The position numbers and the translations under genes are program-made. A stretch of DNA of 64,000 nt from the NCBI GenBank assembly GCA_934454525.1, contig CAKSFM010000004.1, forward strand, positions 101,095 through 165,094. Direction: 5' to 3'. Shown in pieces: positions 8,325 to 18,059 of this stretch (positions are counted from its first letter, which is position 1; every line of letters starts with the position of its first letter). A model generated the notes under the pieces. That model did not search any database, had not been told where the DNA came from, and saw only the letters and a program-made list of their open reading frames with translations. Source of the DNA: an uncultured Clostridia bacterium. Its GTDB lineage: Bacteria > Bacillota > Clostridia > UMGS1883.

Positions 8325-9421
8325 ATCGTGCGATTCTCCTCCCAGCAGTAGGTATCTGTGCCGAAGCTGCTTTTCCAGATTCGCGGCGTCTGCGATTTGT
8401 CCGCGTCTGTCGGAAAAGACGGACTTTCAGCCGCTGCCGCATATTCAAATGCCGCGGCAATATCTTTTTTAATCTCAGGTGTAAATGCGTCATCCGCAAC
8501 GGAAACAAACAGCGGCGTTCCGCTTTTTGCCAGAACATCCAGCCATTGGCAGTTCAGATCCCACGGAATGCTTTTTGTTATTCCCACGCAGTCGGCATCC
8601 GCAAGATAAAATGCGTTATGCTGCTCAATCCGAAATGCAAGCGTATTCACACCGTATTTTTTTGTGCGTTCCCAATCAACACCGCTCGTATCATCAACTG
8701 TTCTTTGACTATCAAAGAACCCAACGGAAAGATGGCTCACCGTGTTGCATCCCATGATAAGTGTATCCTCTCCTGCCCCGTTCCGAATGGCTTTGTAAAG
8801 ATTTTTGATAATCTCAGCGGTGGTCAGTGTTTTATCATGGAACAATATTTCCGTGCCGCCGTTCATCTCAAAAACCCACTTGCCGAAAATATCATATGTC
8901 GAAAAATCATGCTTTATAAGTTTATACCCCCACTTGCGCAGCCTGTGCTTATCCTCCTCAACCATTGCCAAAGCTTTATCTGATGAGGGGTCAAGCGTTG
9001 TGCAATATCCGTTTCTGCGCAAAACGCATCCGCCGTCAACCTGTTCCATTGTAAGAAGCGGTCTTATCCATATACCGGGAATTGCTCCGCGCACCGAAAT
9101 TTCCGATGCCATATCTCCCATATCACCGAAAAGTGAATTTGCCGCGCACCACGGTCTGCCGTTATACTCGGGGCAGTCTGCGCTTTTTTTCCTGTGGCAT
9201 ATTTCCCAACCGTCATCAATCACCATGTATGGTTTGTACGAATTGTTTTTCGGCGCACATGAAACGATTCTTTCAGTCATTTTCAGAATGCTTTCGCGGC
9301 TGTTATTTCCGTAATTGCAGTACCAGTCGTTTCCTCCGAAAACGGGTTTCTGCATAATCCGGGGATTAACAGCCATAAGTCTGCAAAAGCTGCGCATGGA
9401 ATCATAATCCGCCGCGAACAT
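8321..9421 (-). CDS. Alpha-galactosidase-like glycoside hydrolase (clan GH-D, melibiase-type TIM barrel); N-terminus apparently frameshifted
   Basis: YMVIDDGWE, GIWIRP, LIKHDFS motifs. The ORF 9402..9587 upstream (MLKIKKIILITEK...VEMRGGKV from ATG 9539) overlaps it by 20 nt in another frame. Confidence 0.65.
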   Translation of the reverse strand: MFAADYDSMRSFCRLMAVNPRIMQKPVFGGNDWYCNYGNNSRESILKMTERIVSCAPKNNSYKPYMVIDDGWEICHRKKSADCPEYNGRPWCAANSLFGDMGDMASEISVRGAIPGIWIRPLLTMEQVDGGCVLRRNGYCTTLDPSSDKALAMVEEDKHRLRKWGYKLIKHDFSTYDIFGKWVFEMNGGTEILFHDKTLTTAEIIKNLYKAIRNGAGEDTLIMGCNTVSHLSVGFFDSQRTVDDTSGVDWERTKKYGVNTLAFRIEQHNAFYLADADCVGITKSIPWDLNCQWLDVLAKSGTPLFVSVADDAFTPEIKKDIAAAFEYAAAAESPSFPTDADKSQTPRIWKSSFGTDTYCWEENRTI

Positions 9422-9754
9422 TTACCTTGCCGCCGCGCATCTCCACACAAACATCCCCGCTGCAGTACATTTCTCCGCAGGAACGGGCAGCTATTTGCCG
9501 TTTCTCCGTAATTAAAATTATTTTTTTAATTTTTAACATAATTTTACTAACTCCGGGATAATTTTTTATACAATAATTATGCCACACTGCATATGGCTTG
9601 GAAATGTATTTTTCTCATATGTTTTATTAGCCATTGCTGTAAATTCATTACTTTACCGTTAAAACTTTTGTAGTTTTTTCATATTGCTTCTGTTTTTATA
9701 TTGATTTCGGCAACTATATATGCTATGATATTTCTATCGGACAGAGGCGATAAG

Positions 9755-10515
9755 ATGATTCAAGAGGTATTTTTTCAGGACAAACATTTTAAGGATCTTA
9801 ATCCGCTCAGCGTTGGCTATGAACGATGTGCTTTGGGTTACTCATGCGGACCTGAAATACGCCACAATTACTGGATTCAGTATATTGTTTCGGGATGCGG
9901 AATATATGAAACGGAATCAAAAACATATAATCTTAAAAGCGGTCAGGCGTTTATCATTCCGCCGTCAAAAAAAGCTTTTTCCGGGCTGATGACGAACATC
10001 CGTGGGAATACACCTGAATTGGTTTTAACGGCGAATATGCAAAACTGCTTGACCAGCTGAAAAGTCCGATTATCAGCATTGACTACTCATATTTTGAGGA
10101 CTTGCTTTCATGCCGCAATTACCCCAACATGGAAGCAGATTTCCTTGCCGGCAAGCTGTTTATGATATTTTCTCAGATTTTCACAAAGCCTTATCCCGGC
10201 AGTTACATTAAATTTGTTAAGGACTATCTCTCCACATATTACTCGCAGGCTGTGCGCGTTCACGAGATGGCGGATGTTCTCGGACTGAATCCCAATTACC
10301 TGTCAACGCTTTTTAAGGCTGAAACCGGGCAGACAATCCGTGACTCACTCATGGAAATACGGATGAATAAGGCAATGGGAATTATCAATAATCAGCACTA
10401 TAATGTCACCACGGTAGCTGCAATGGTCGGATATACCGATATTTATGCGTTTTCAAAGCATTTCAAAAAGCGCTTCGGTCATTCACAGAAATATTTTATT
10501 GATAAACCTCTTTAA
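9755..10515 (+). pseudogene. AraC-family regulator disrupted by a frameshift in an A7 run (9967-9973) and an in-frame TGA (10015-10017)
   Basis: Frame 1 reads MIQEVFFQDKHF...GQAFIIPPSKK. The next frame continues SFFRADDEHPWEYT-TGA-IGFNGEYAKLL... into the HTH ORF 10102..10515 (MADVLGLNPNYLSTLFK, AAMVGYTDIYAFSKHFKKRFG). Confidence 0.8.
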
Positions 10516-10650
10516 AAATATGTTTGTTAAAATTCCGCTCAACATCTCTCCCGGAACATGCAGGTATAACAAAGGCAGTGTTTTCTCCGCTTCAGACCGC
10601 CAAATGGCAGCAGAAACAGCGAAAACACTGCTTGCTTTTATTTATTTAAT

Positions 10651-11247
10651 TTATGAATGAAATTTACTTCTGATAACGGGAAATGCATTCTTTTCCGCCA
10701 CAAGCGAGCCGTGCTCCTCAATCATGACAGCAGCTCCCGGAGAAACTGTTTTCCCGAATTCCGATGCGGCAGCGATGGCGCGATCATCGGTTACCATGTA
10801 GTATTTATTCTTATATGAATAAAGCGTTCCTCCGAAATATGAGCTTAGTGCATGACACATGGTTATAACATCTTCAAAATTATCAAGCTCCGTCATCATG
10901 CGTTTTTTTCGGTTTTGAGCTGTTCTCCGCGAAAAAAGCTCGGAGCCTTTCACTGAAGATATTTTATCAAACAGCGCCTTTTCCTCCTCACTGTCAACCT
11001 TTGTCACAAAAAGCGTTATGTCATTATCACGGCTGTTCATTGCAGATTCTATGACAAGGCGCGAGTTTTTACACGAAAAACCTGTCTCCTCCTCCGCCTG
11101 CTTGAGCAGCGAAATAAACATTTCGCGGGTTTCGGGAAGATTTTTGGCAACTGCGTCGGCGCTGACGCCCCACTTTTCCAAATCTTCGCTTGCAATAACC
11201 ACTTTGATTTTATTCGGCTTTAATTTTTCAAACCTCACAGCAACCAC
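10651..11247 (-). CDS. mecA: Adaptor protein MecA
   Basis: N-terminus FEKLKPNKIKVVIASEDLEKWGVS...REMFISLLKQAEEETGF and the C-terminal domain are typical of MecA. Confidence 0.75.
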   Translation of the reverse strand: MVAVRFEKLKPNKIKVVIASEDLEKWGVSADAVAKNLPETREMFISLLKQAEEETGFSCKNSRLVIESAMNSRDNDITLFVTKVDSEEEKALFDKISSVKGSELFSRRTAQNRKKRMMTELDNFEDVITMCHALSSYFGGTLYSYKNKYYMVTDDRAIAAASEFGKTVSPGAAVMIEEHGSLVAEKNAFPVIRSKFHS

Positions 11248-11259
11248 CTCTTTACCCCA

Positions 11260-11288
11260 ATTATACTACATTAACATGAAGTTTTAAA
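11260..11288 (-). promoter_or_regulatory. Putative sigma-A promoter for mecA
   Basis: Minus strand: TTTAAA, 17 nt, TATAAT. Confidence 0.4.
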
Positions 11289-11316
11289 GGAACAATAATT
11301 TCCTTAGGTCGGAAAA

Positions 11317-11940
11317 TCAGTCCCGGCTTGACATCATTTCGCGGTATCTTCCGGGAGTTACGCGATACATTTTCTTGAAAGCGCGCATATATGCCTGCAC
11401 TGTTCCGAAACCGGCTTTTTCGGCAATTTCGTTTACCGTGAAATCCTCATCAAGAAGCAGCGGCATGGTAACATTTACCCTGAACCTGTTAATGTACCTG
11501 CCTATTCCGATGCCGCAGCCCTTATTGAAAAGCTCCGTTAATCTCGGCTGAGGTATGCCGGTTATATCTGCCACCATTGCTGCGCTCAGCTGAGGGTCAC
11601 CATAGTTTTTCTCAATAAATCCGACAGCCTTTTTCAGCATTGCTTCATCTGAGTGCACTCTGGATGTTTTCATACGCGCGCAGATGTCACGCGTAACCTC
11701 TTCTGCCACAACACTTGGTGCGGAATCCGTCATTTTCTGTATCAGTTCTATCTCATCATAGAAAAATCCGCGGATTTCTCTGTTCATTTTCCGCACCGCT
11801 TCAACAAAGAGAACAATCGTGTACGACTCAGCATAGCTTTTTATGCTCAGCTTGCTGTAAATGTCGTCAATCATTTCCTTTGCTTTAACACATTCTCCGT
11901 TTTTCAAAAATCCATATAAAATATTTATTCGCTCAATCAT
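11317..11940 (-). CDS. AraC-type HTH regulator (207 aa; N-terminal domain unassigned)
   Basis: C-terminus AAMVADITGIPQPRLTELFNK...VNEIAEKAGFGTVQAYMRAFKKMYRVTPGRYR; 4-nt overlap with the upstream protease gene. Confidence 0.75.
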   Translation of the reverse strand: MIERINILYGFLKNGECVKAKEMIDDIYSKLSIKSYAESYTIVLFVEAVRKMNREIRGFFYDEIELIQKMTDSAPSVVAEEVTRDICARMKTSRVHSDEAMLKKAVGFIEKNYGDPQLSAAMVADITGIPQPRLTELFNKGCGIGIGRYINRFRVNVTMPLLLDEDFTVNEIAEKAGFGTVQAYMRAFKKMYRVTPGRYREMMSSRD

Positions 11941-13442
11941 TTCAAATTCTTCAAATATTCCGTAGCCTTTGCCAATTGATTATCATTCGTTTTATAAAAA
12001 TCATACGATATATCGTTCAAATACAGATACTCATAAAATCCCGGTACACCGCTTGCATCATACCCGAGACGCAGCTGCATACTGCGGACTGCCGCCGCCG
12101 TATCTTCATTAAAGATTTCGTCGGGTTCTTCGTCAAAAAACCCGAGTGCATTCAGCCGCTGCTCAAGCGCCAGCGTCATTTTTCCTCCGGACGCACCCTC
12201 TTCCACCTTATCAAAATCAATTTTTTCAAATGTGCTTTCATCAATTTTTACCGAATCGTTTTCCACTTCAATGTCAGGTGTTATCCCGATTGTATTCACA
12301 CGTTCACCCTTTATTGAATAAAACTCACCGAAGGTGTACTTCATTCCGGCGCCTGTCAGAAGACGCGACAAAACCTGCATACTTCCCTTTCCGTACGTCT
12401 TTGTGCCAAGTATTTTGGCAGCTCCTCTTCCCTGAAATGCCATTGAAAGAAATTCGCTTGCCGACGCGCTGTTCTCATTAACCAAAACCACAATATTCAG
12501 CTTCGGAGCATTATAATTGGTTGAATACACAAATTTGTTCTTTTCCGAATCCTTGTATCGCAGCTCGCCGAGTTTGCCCGCGCTTATAAATATATTTGCA
12601 ATTGCCAGCGCTGCATCAAGATCGCCGCCGGGATTGTTGCGCAGATCAAGCACAAGCTTCTTTATCTTGTTTTTCTGCAGTTCGTCAACATAAGCCTGAA
12701 CCTCATCGGGCGAATTTTTTGAAAACTCGGTAAGCTTTAAATAGCCTGTATCATCACCGAGCATTTTCGTTTCCGTGTGCTTAACGGCTACGGGAGCACG
12801 TGTGCAAACCGTTTTAAAGGTTGTATCTCCTCTTCGCAGCTCAATTTCAACATCGCTCCCCGTTTCACCCACAACAAGACTGCGGACATCAGCCGTTGTC
12901 ATTCCCTCTGTTGATGTTCCGTTCACGCCTATGATATAATCACCCTCGGCGATTCCTGCCCTTGCAGACGGTGAACCATCATATACAGACAGCACAGCAA
13001 CGCCGTTATCATTCTGCGTTATTACAACGCCTATTCCCGAAAATTCACCGGAAATATCCTCCGTCATTGCCTTGTATTCATCGGGAGTATAAAACACTGC
13101 GTGTTTATCGTCCAAGCGATTAATCATTGCTTTAACCGCAGAATTAACGTCAAAGCCTCCGTTGTCTATAGTATCACAGATAACCGAAAAAAGCAGTTCT
13201 TCATCAGTAATTCCATAGTAAAAATTATCGGCAATTGTATGAGCATATGCCTTAATCATGCTTTTCTGCATATAGTTGGAATAAGCTTCAACCTTTTCCA
13301 TCGGATCTTCCGCCGGCTGAGCACTGTCAGCTGCCTGCGGCGGAGATGTTGTCTGTTCCTCCGCAAATACGGAAGGTGCGCACAGAATCATCGCCGCTGC
13401 CGTCAGCAGCGCAAACAGTCTGTTTTTAAATTTATAAGCCAC
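11937..13442 (-). CDS. ctpA: S41-family C-terminal processing peptidase with a PDZ domain and a C-terminal peptidoglycan-binding-like domain
   Basis: Signal/anchor region; PDZ (GIGVVI...GSPSARAGIAEGDYIIGVNG); LRNNPGGDL; NENSASASEF; YGKGS; C-terminus LEQRLNALGFF...AAAVRSMQLRLGY. Confidence 0.85.
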   Translation of the reverse strand: MAYKFKNRLFALLTAAAMILCAPSVFAEEQTTSPPQAADSAQPAEDPMEKVEAYSNYMQKSMIKAYAHTIADNFYYGITDEELLFSVICDTIDNGGFDVNSAVKAMINRLDDKHAVFYTPDEYKAMTEDISGEFSGIGVVITQNDNGVAVLSVYDGSPSARAGIAEGDYIIGVNGTSTEGMTTADVRSLVVGETGSDVEIELRRGDTTFKTVCTRAPVAVKHTETKMLGDDTGYLKLTEFSKNSPDEVQAYVDELQKNKIKKLVLDLRNNPGGDLDAALAIANIFISAGKLGELRYKDSEKNKFVYSTNYNAPKLNIVVLVNENSASASEFLSMAFQGRGAAKILGTKTYGKGSMQVLSRLLTGAGMKYTFGEFYSIKGERVNTIGITPDIEVENDSVKIDESTFEKIDFDKVEEGASGGKMTLALEQRLNALGFFDEEPDEIFNEDTAAAVRSMQLRLGYDASGVPGFYEYLYLNDISYDFYKTNDNQLAKATEYLKNLK

Positions 13443-13478
13443 TTTGGCACTCTCCTTTCAACATCGGCGATATCGCTC

Positions 13479-15170
13479 TCACATTTTTTCCGGGGCGTTT
13501 ACTCCGAGCAGCCTGAGTACATTTCCGATTACAACACGCGTACTTTCAATAAGCAGCAGCCTTGCATGCATAAGCTTTTCTTCCTCGTCACGCACACGGC
13601 AGGCATTATAGAATGAATGGAAATGCGATGCGACATCTATTACATATCTTGTCAGATTGCTTGGTTCAAAGCTTTCGGCAGCTGAGCGGATTTCTTCGGG
13701 CAGCCTTGCCAGCTGATACAAAAGCTCAAGCTCTTCTTTTTTATTAAGAAGTGACATATCGGTATTTTCTGCTTTCGGAATTTCAGTTCCGTTCTCTTTC
13801 AGGATACGAATAATCGAACAAATTCTCGCATAAGCATACTGAACATAGAACACGGGGTTTTCGTTTGACTGGCTCACCGCGAGGTCGAGATCGAAATCCA
13901 TATGGCTGCCTGCCGCGCGCATATTAAAGAAGAAACGTGCTGCATCAACTCCGATATCCTCTATCAGATCGGCAAGCGTTATCATTTTTCCCGTACGCTT
14001 GCTCATGCGCGCAATTTCACCTCCGCGCATAAGGCGCACAAGCTGAATAATAAGCACCTTCAATCGGGCACCGTCAATTCCGACGGCCTCCATCGCACCT
14101 TTCATTCTGGCAATATGCCCATGATGATCCGCACCCCAAATGTTAATCGCAAGGTCAAAATTCCTGTCACGCAGCTTATTGATGTGATAAGCTATATCTG
14201 CTGCAAAATATGTCGGAATTCCGTTTGCACGAACAAGCACATCATCCTTTGCATTTTCTTTATCATCACAGAACTGCGAGGATTTTATCCAAAGCGCTCC
14301 GTCTTTTTCATATGTCATCCCGCACTGCTTAAGCTTTTCAACAGCTTCCTTAACCTTGCCGCTGTTATGCAGTGTGCTTTCCGAAAACCATACATCGTAA
14401 TTTATTCTGTATTCACCGAGCGTTTTCTTCAGCGCGGCAATATTCAGCGGAAGCGCGTAGTCTATAAGCGCCTGCTTGCGCTCCTCCTCGCTTTTTTCCA
14501 AAAGACCGCTTCCGAAGTTATCTATATAATTCTGCGCATGAACCTTTATATCATCGCCCTGATAGCCGTCCTCGGGGAATTCAACCGCGTCCTCACCTTG
14601 CAGGAGCTGAATATAACGTGCCGAAAGGCTTCTGCCGAACTTGTCAATCTGAGCGCCGGCATCGTTGATATAAAATTCCTTTGTTACTTTCCAGCCGGCA
14701 GCAGAAAGCACATTTGCAAGTGTGTCACCCAATGCTCCGCCGCGCGCGTTCCCCATGTGCATCGGACCTGTCGGATTGGCGCTGACGAACTCAACCACAA
14801 CGCTTTTTCCGTTTGCTATATCAATGCTTCCGTAGCTTTCGCCCTCTGCTTCTATTTCCGAAAGAGTGTTATAAAGATAACTTTCATCAAGATAAAAGTT
14901 AATAAACCCCGGACCGGCAATCTCGATTTTTTCCGCACCGAGAGCTTTGCCGTCAATATTTTCCGTGATTTTTTCCGCTATCATGCGCGGAGCGCTGTGC
15001 GCCGCGCGCGCGAGCAGCATGGCAATATTCACGGCATAATCGCCGTGACCCTTATCTTTTGGGGTTTCAACGGCAAAATCGGGAATTTCTATTCCCTCGT
15101 AAGCTTTCTGTGCAGCCTCTTTCACCGCGCTGTATATTTCCGATTTTTTCTTATATAGCGTGTTTGCCAT
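13479..15170 (-). CDS. argS: Arginine--tRNA ligase
   Basis: SANPTGPMHMGNARG (HIGH region), RMSKRTGK (KMSK region), C-terminal anticodon-binding domain; start placed at ATG 15170 (MANTLYKKK) downstream of the DUF1934 stop. Confidence 0.95.
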   Translation of the reverse strand: MANTLYKKKSEIYSAVKEAAQKAYEGIEIPDFAVETPKDKGHGDYAVNIAMLLARAAHSAPRMIAEKITENIDGKALGAEKIEIAGPGFINFYLDESYLYNTLSEIEAEGESYGSIDIANGKSVVVEFVSANPTGPMHMGNARGGALGDTLANVLSAAGWKVTKEFYINDAGAQIDKFGRSLSARYIQLLQGEDAVEFPEDGYQGDDIKVHAQNYIDNFGSGLLEKSEEERKQALIDYALPLNIAALKKTLGEYRINYDVWFSESTLHNSGKVKEAVEKLKQCGMTYEKDGALWIKSSQFCDDKENAKDDVLVRANGIPTYFAADIAYHINKLRDRNFDLAINIWGADHHGHIARMKGAMEAVGIDGARLKVLIIQLVRLMRGGEIARMSKRTGKMITLADLIEDIGVDAARFFFNMRAAGSHMDFDLDLAVSQSNENPVFYVQYAYARICSIIRILKENGTEIPKAENTDMSLLNKKEELELLYQLARLPEEIRSAAESFEPSNLTRYVIDVASHFHSFYNACRVRDEEEKLMHARLLLIESTRVVIGNVLRLLGVNAPEKM

Positions 15171-15190
15171 TATCTTCCGTCCTTTCGCTG

Positions 15191-15610
15191 TCACACACGC
15201 ACATTCAGCGATATACCGTTATGCGTCTGTGCAACATTATTTATATCCATAATATAGTCAATGTCAATATTGCCGCCGTTTTCATCAATTGCAACACTCA
15301 CATCGTTGGCGGTTACGGTAATTGTAAAATCACCGTACGGCGTTTCGTAATGACCGATATGACACTGACCCTTTTCAAAAATCATGTGCGTGTTAGTCTG
15401 ACCGCGGCGCATCATTGTGACCGTTCCGTCAGGACTGATTTTCAGCGTGGTGCGGCACTTTTCAAGTCCGGCAAGCTCACCTTCGTTATAACTCAGATAA
15501 AACTTTCCGTTTTTATTGTAAAAGCTGCCCTGTGTTGTCATCTCAAGGCTGTCACTGTCACCGTCAAGCTCCTGAGAGCCTTTAATTGAAATATAAACAT
15601 CCTTTTTCAT
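15191..15610 (-). CDS. DUF1934 (YwiB-like) beta-barrel protein
   Basis: Size, sequence pattern and the conserved position immediately upstream of argS in Firmicutes. Confidence 0.7.
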   Translation of the reverse strand: MKKDVYISIKGSQELDGDSDSLEMTTQGSFYNKNGKFYLSYNEGELAGLEKCRTTLKISPDGTVTMMRRGQTNTHMIFEKGQCHIGHYETPYGDFTITVTANDVSVAIDENGGNIDIDYIMDINNVAQTHNGISLNVRV

Positions 15611-16416
15611 TCGGAAAATGCCTCCGTCCTGCGCACCTTGGTATTAAGCGGACAGCCGAGAAAAATGCTCCCCAACTCCACAAAATTCTCAACCGAGTCC
15701 GAAACATAAAACTCGCTTTTACCGCCCTCCGCCTTTTCACACAGTGCATTTTGTGCTTCCAGATATTCCCGTGCGCTCTTCGCCGCCATTGCACCCGGAC
15801 TGACAAGCTTCACTCCGCTTCCCATTATATCAGAAATAATACCCTCAAGCAAGGGGTAATGTGTGCATCCCATGATAAGTGTATCCACGCCTTCCGCTTT
15901 CAGGGGTTCAAGGTAATCTGCGGCAATAAGGCGGGCTGCTTCGCTCTGTGCATATCCGTTTTCAACGAGCGGAACAAACATCGGGCAGGCATTCGAGAAC
16001 ACCTTTGTCTGCGGTGAAATGCTATGAATTATTTCCCCGTATTTTCCGCTTTTGACTGTTACAGATGTGCCGATTACGCCGATGCGGCTGTTTTTTGTGA
16101 GCCGCAGCGCTTCATGGCAGGCGCTTTCCAAAACGCCCATTATTTTTATATCGTAATTTCCTGTAAGAGCCGGCAGGGCAACACTGCTCGCCGTTCCGCA
16201 GGCAGCTATTATCAGCTTTATATCGTGCTTAAGCAAAAATTCAATATCTTCTTTTGTATAACGGATTATCGTTTCGCGGCTGCGGTTTCCGTACGGCACT
16301 CTGCCGGTATCTCCAAAATAGATTATATCTTCTCCGGGCATAACCTGCATTACCTGTCTTACGGTTGTAAGTCCGCCGAGTCCGCTGTCAAACACTCCGA
16401 TAGGGCGATTATCCAT
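15607..16416 (-). CDS. murI: Glutamate racemase
   Basis: GVFDSGLGGLTT, IIAACGTAS, IMGCTHYP. Confidence 0.95.
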   Translation of the reverse strand: MDNRPIGVFDSGLGGLTTVRQVMQVMPGEDIIYFGDTGRVPYGNRSRETIIRYTKEDIEFLLKHDIKLIIAACGTASSVALPALTGNYDIKIMGVLESACHEALRLTKNSRIGVIGTSVTVKSGKYGEIIHSISPQTKVFSNACPMFVPLVENGYAQSEAARLIAADYLEPLKAEGVDTLIMGCTHYPLLEGIISDIMGSGVKLVSPGAMAAKSAREYLEAQNALCEKAEGGKSEFYVSDSVENFVELGSIFLGCPLNTKVRRTEAFSE

Positions 16417-16432
16417 TTAACTTCTGTCCTTT

Positions 16433-17971
16433 TTATTTAATCAGGCTTTCACCCGTCATTTCAGCCGGCTTTTCAAGCTTCATAAGCTCGAGCATTGTCG
16501 GAGCAATATCCGCAAGTCTGCCGCCGCTGCGAAGCTCGCAGTCAGTGCCTGCAACAATGAAAGGCACCGGATTAGTCGTATGCGCCGTAAACACATCATG
16601 CGTTACGGGGTCAATCATCTGGTCAGCATTTCCGTGATCTGCGGTTACGCACACCGTTCCACCCTGAGCAAGCACCGCGTCAATAACCTTGCCCATACAT
16701 TCGTCAACCGTTTCAACTGCTTTTACCGCGCAGTCAAACACGCCTGTGTGACCGACCATATCGCAGTTTGCATAGTTGAGAATGATCGCGTCATATTTTC
16801 CGCTGTTAATGCGCTTGAGAACCTCATCCGTAACCTCGTAAGCGCTCATTTCAGGCTTAAGGTCATATGTTGCAACCTTGGGTGACGGAATAAGTGCACG
16901 ATCCTCGTTTTCATAAGGAGCTTCAACTCCGCCGTTAAAGAAGAAGGTCACATGGGCGTATTTCTCCGTTTCGGCAATTCTGAGCTGGCTGAGCCCTTTA
17001 TTTGAAATATATTCTCCGAACGTGTTTTTAAGTTCTTCAGGTTTAAATGCAACATCAACATTCGGCATTTTTGCATCATACTGCGTCATGCATACATAGT
17101 GAACAGGGAAAAATCCGTTTTTGCGCTTGAAGCCTTCAAAATCTCCGTCAACAAATGTGCGCGTAATTTCGCGTGCGCGGTCCGGGCGGAAATTGAAGCA
17201 GATAACGCTGTCATTTTCCGAGATTTTTGCATCGTCCGCAATAACAGTCGGAACGACGAATTCATCGGTAACACCGGCATCGTATGATTTCTGAATTGCC
17301 TCAACCGCGGATTTTTCCTTAACGCCCTCGCCGTAAACAAGCGCGGCATATGCCTTTTCAACGCGCTCCCAGCGATTGTCACGATCCATTGCATAGTATC
17401 TGCCGGAAAGAGTGCCGATTTTTCCTACTCCAAGCTCTTTCATTTTTTCTTCAAGCTGCTTAACATATTCAATTCCGCTTGTGGGGGAAACGTCACGGCC
17501 GTCCATAAATCCGTGAACAAACACCTTTGTAAGTCCGCTGCGCTTAGCAAGCTCCAGAAGCGCAAACATATGTGTTATATGGCTATGTACGCCGCCGTCT
17601 GACAAAAGTCCGTAAATATGAAGCGCACTGCCGTGCTTTTTGCAGTTCTCAACAGCCTTTAAAAACGCATCGTTTTCAAAGAAATCTCCGTCTCCTATTG
17701 CCTTTGTTATTCTCGTAAGCTCCTGATATACTATTCTGCCGGCACCGATATTCGTATGCCCGACCTCGCTGTTACCCATCTGACCGTTCGGAAGTCCTAC
17801 GTCAAGTCCGCTTGCATTAATGAGCGTGTGCGGATATTTTTCAAGCAGCTTATCCATAACGGGGGTTTTAGCCGCATATATAGCGTTTCCTTCAGTGTTT
17901 GCACTGTATCCGTATCCGTCGAGAATCATAAGCATTACAAGCTTTTTATTTGTTGAAGCCATCAGGCTCAA
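16433..17971 (-). CDS. gpmI: 2,3-bisphosphoglycerate-independent phosphoglycerate mutase
   Basis: LMILDGYG, NSEVGHTNIGAGR, ADHGNAD; length 512 aa. Confidence 0.95.
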   Translation of the reverse strand: MSLMASTNKKLVMLMILDGYGYSANTEGNAIYAAKTPVMDKLLEKYPHTLINASGLDVGLPNGQMGNSEVGHTNIGAGRIVYQELTRITKAIGDGDFFENDAFLKAVENCKKHGSALHIYGLLSDGGVHSHITHMFALLELAKRSGLTKVFVHGFMDGRDVSPTSGIEYVKQLEEKMKELGVGKIGTLSGRYYAMDRDNRWERVEKAYAALVYGEGVKEKSAVEAIQKSYDAGVTDEFVVPTVIADDAKISENDSVICFNFRPDRAREITRTFVDGDFEGFKRKNGFFPVHYVCMTQYDAKMPNVDVAFKPEELKNTFGEYISNKGLSQLRIAETEKYAHVTFFFNGGVEAPYENEDRALIPSPKVATYDLKPEMSAYEVTDEVLKRINSGKYDAIILNYANCDMVGHTGVFDCAVKAVETVDECMGKVIDAVLAQGGTVCVTADHGNADQMIDPVTHDVFTAHTTNPVPFIVAGTDCELRSGGRLADIAPTMLELMKLEKPAEMTGESLIK

Positions 17972-18011
17972 CTCCTTTCTTTGTGGTAAAATTGCGACAT
18001 ATGCGCAGTCT

Positions 18012-18046
18012 CAAAAACGGGGCTGTAAAAATATTTTTACAGCCCC
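18012..18046 (-). terminator. Rho-independent terminator between tpiA and gpmI
   Basis: Minus strand: GGGGCUGUAAAAA/UUUUUACAGCCCC hairpin followed by GUUUUUGA. Confidence 0.6.
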
Positions 18047-18059
18047 GAAGGTTTGTTTC

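Noticed and set aside
10015-10017. In-frame TGA (AraC) and TAG (LRR protein, 51243-51245) as evidence of stop-codon reassignment, selenocysteine or pyrrolysine
   Set aside because: TGA and TAG are used as ordinary terminators by well-supported genes in this window. Both affected genes also carry frameshifts. No SECIS-like or PYLIS-like context is apparent. Pseudogenisation is the simpler explanation.
10573-10645. gcagtgttttc...gaaaacactgc inverted repeat between the AraC pseudogene and mecA, considered as a terminator
   Set aside because: The 35-nt loop makes it a poor canonical terminator. It is left uncalled, although it may still function bidirectionally between the convergent genes.
13902-15158. 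418-aa plus-strand ORF
   Set aside because: It lies entirely antisense to argS, which has unmistakable class I synthetase motifs. The translation is low-complexity and Cys/Phe/Ile-rich with no motifs, so it is a shadow ORF.
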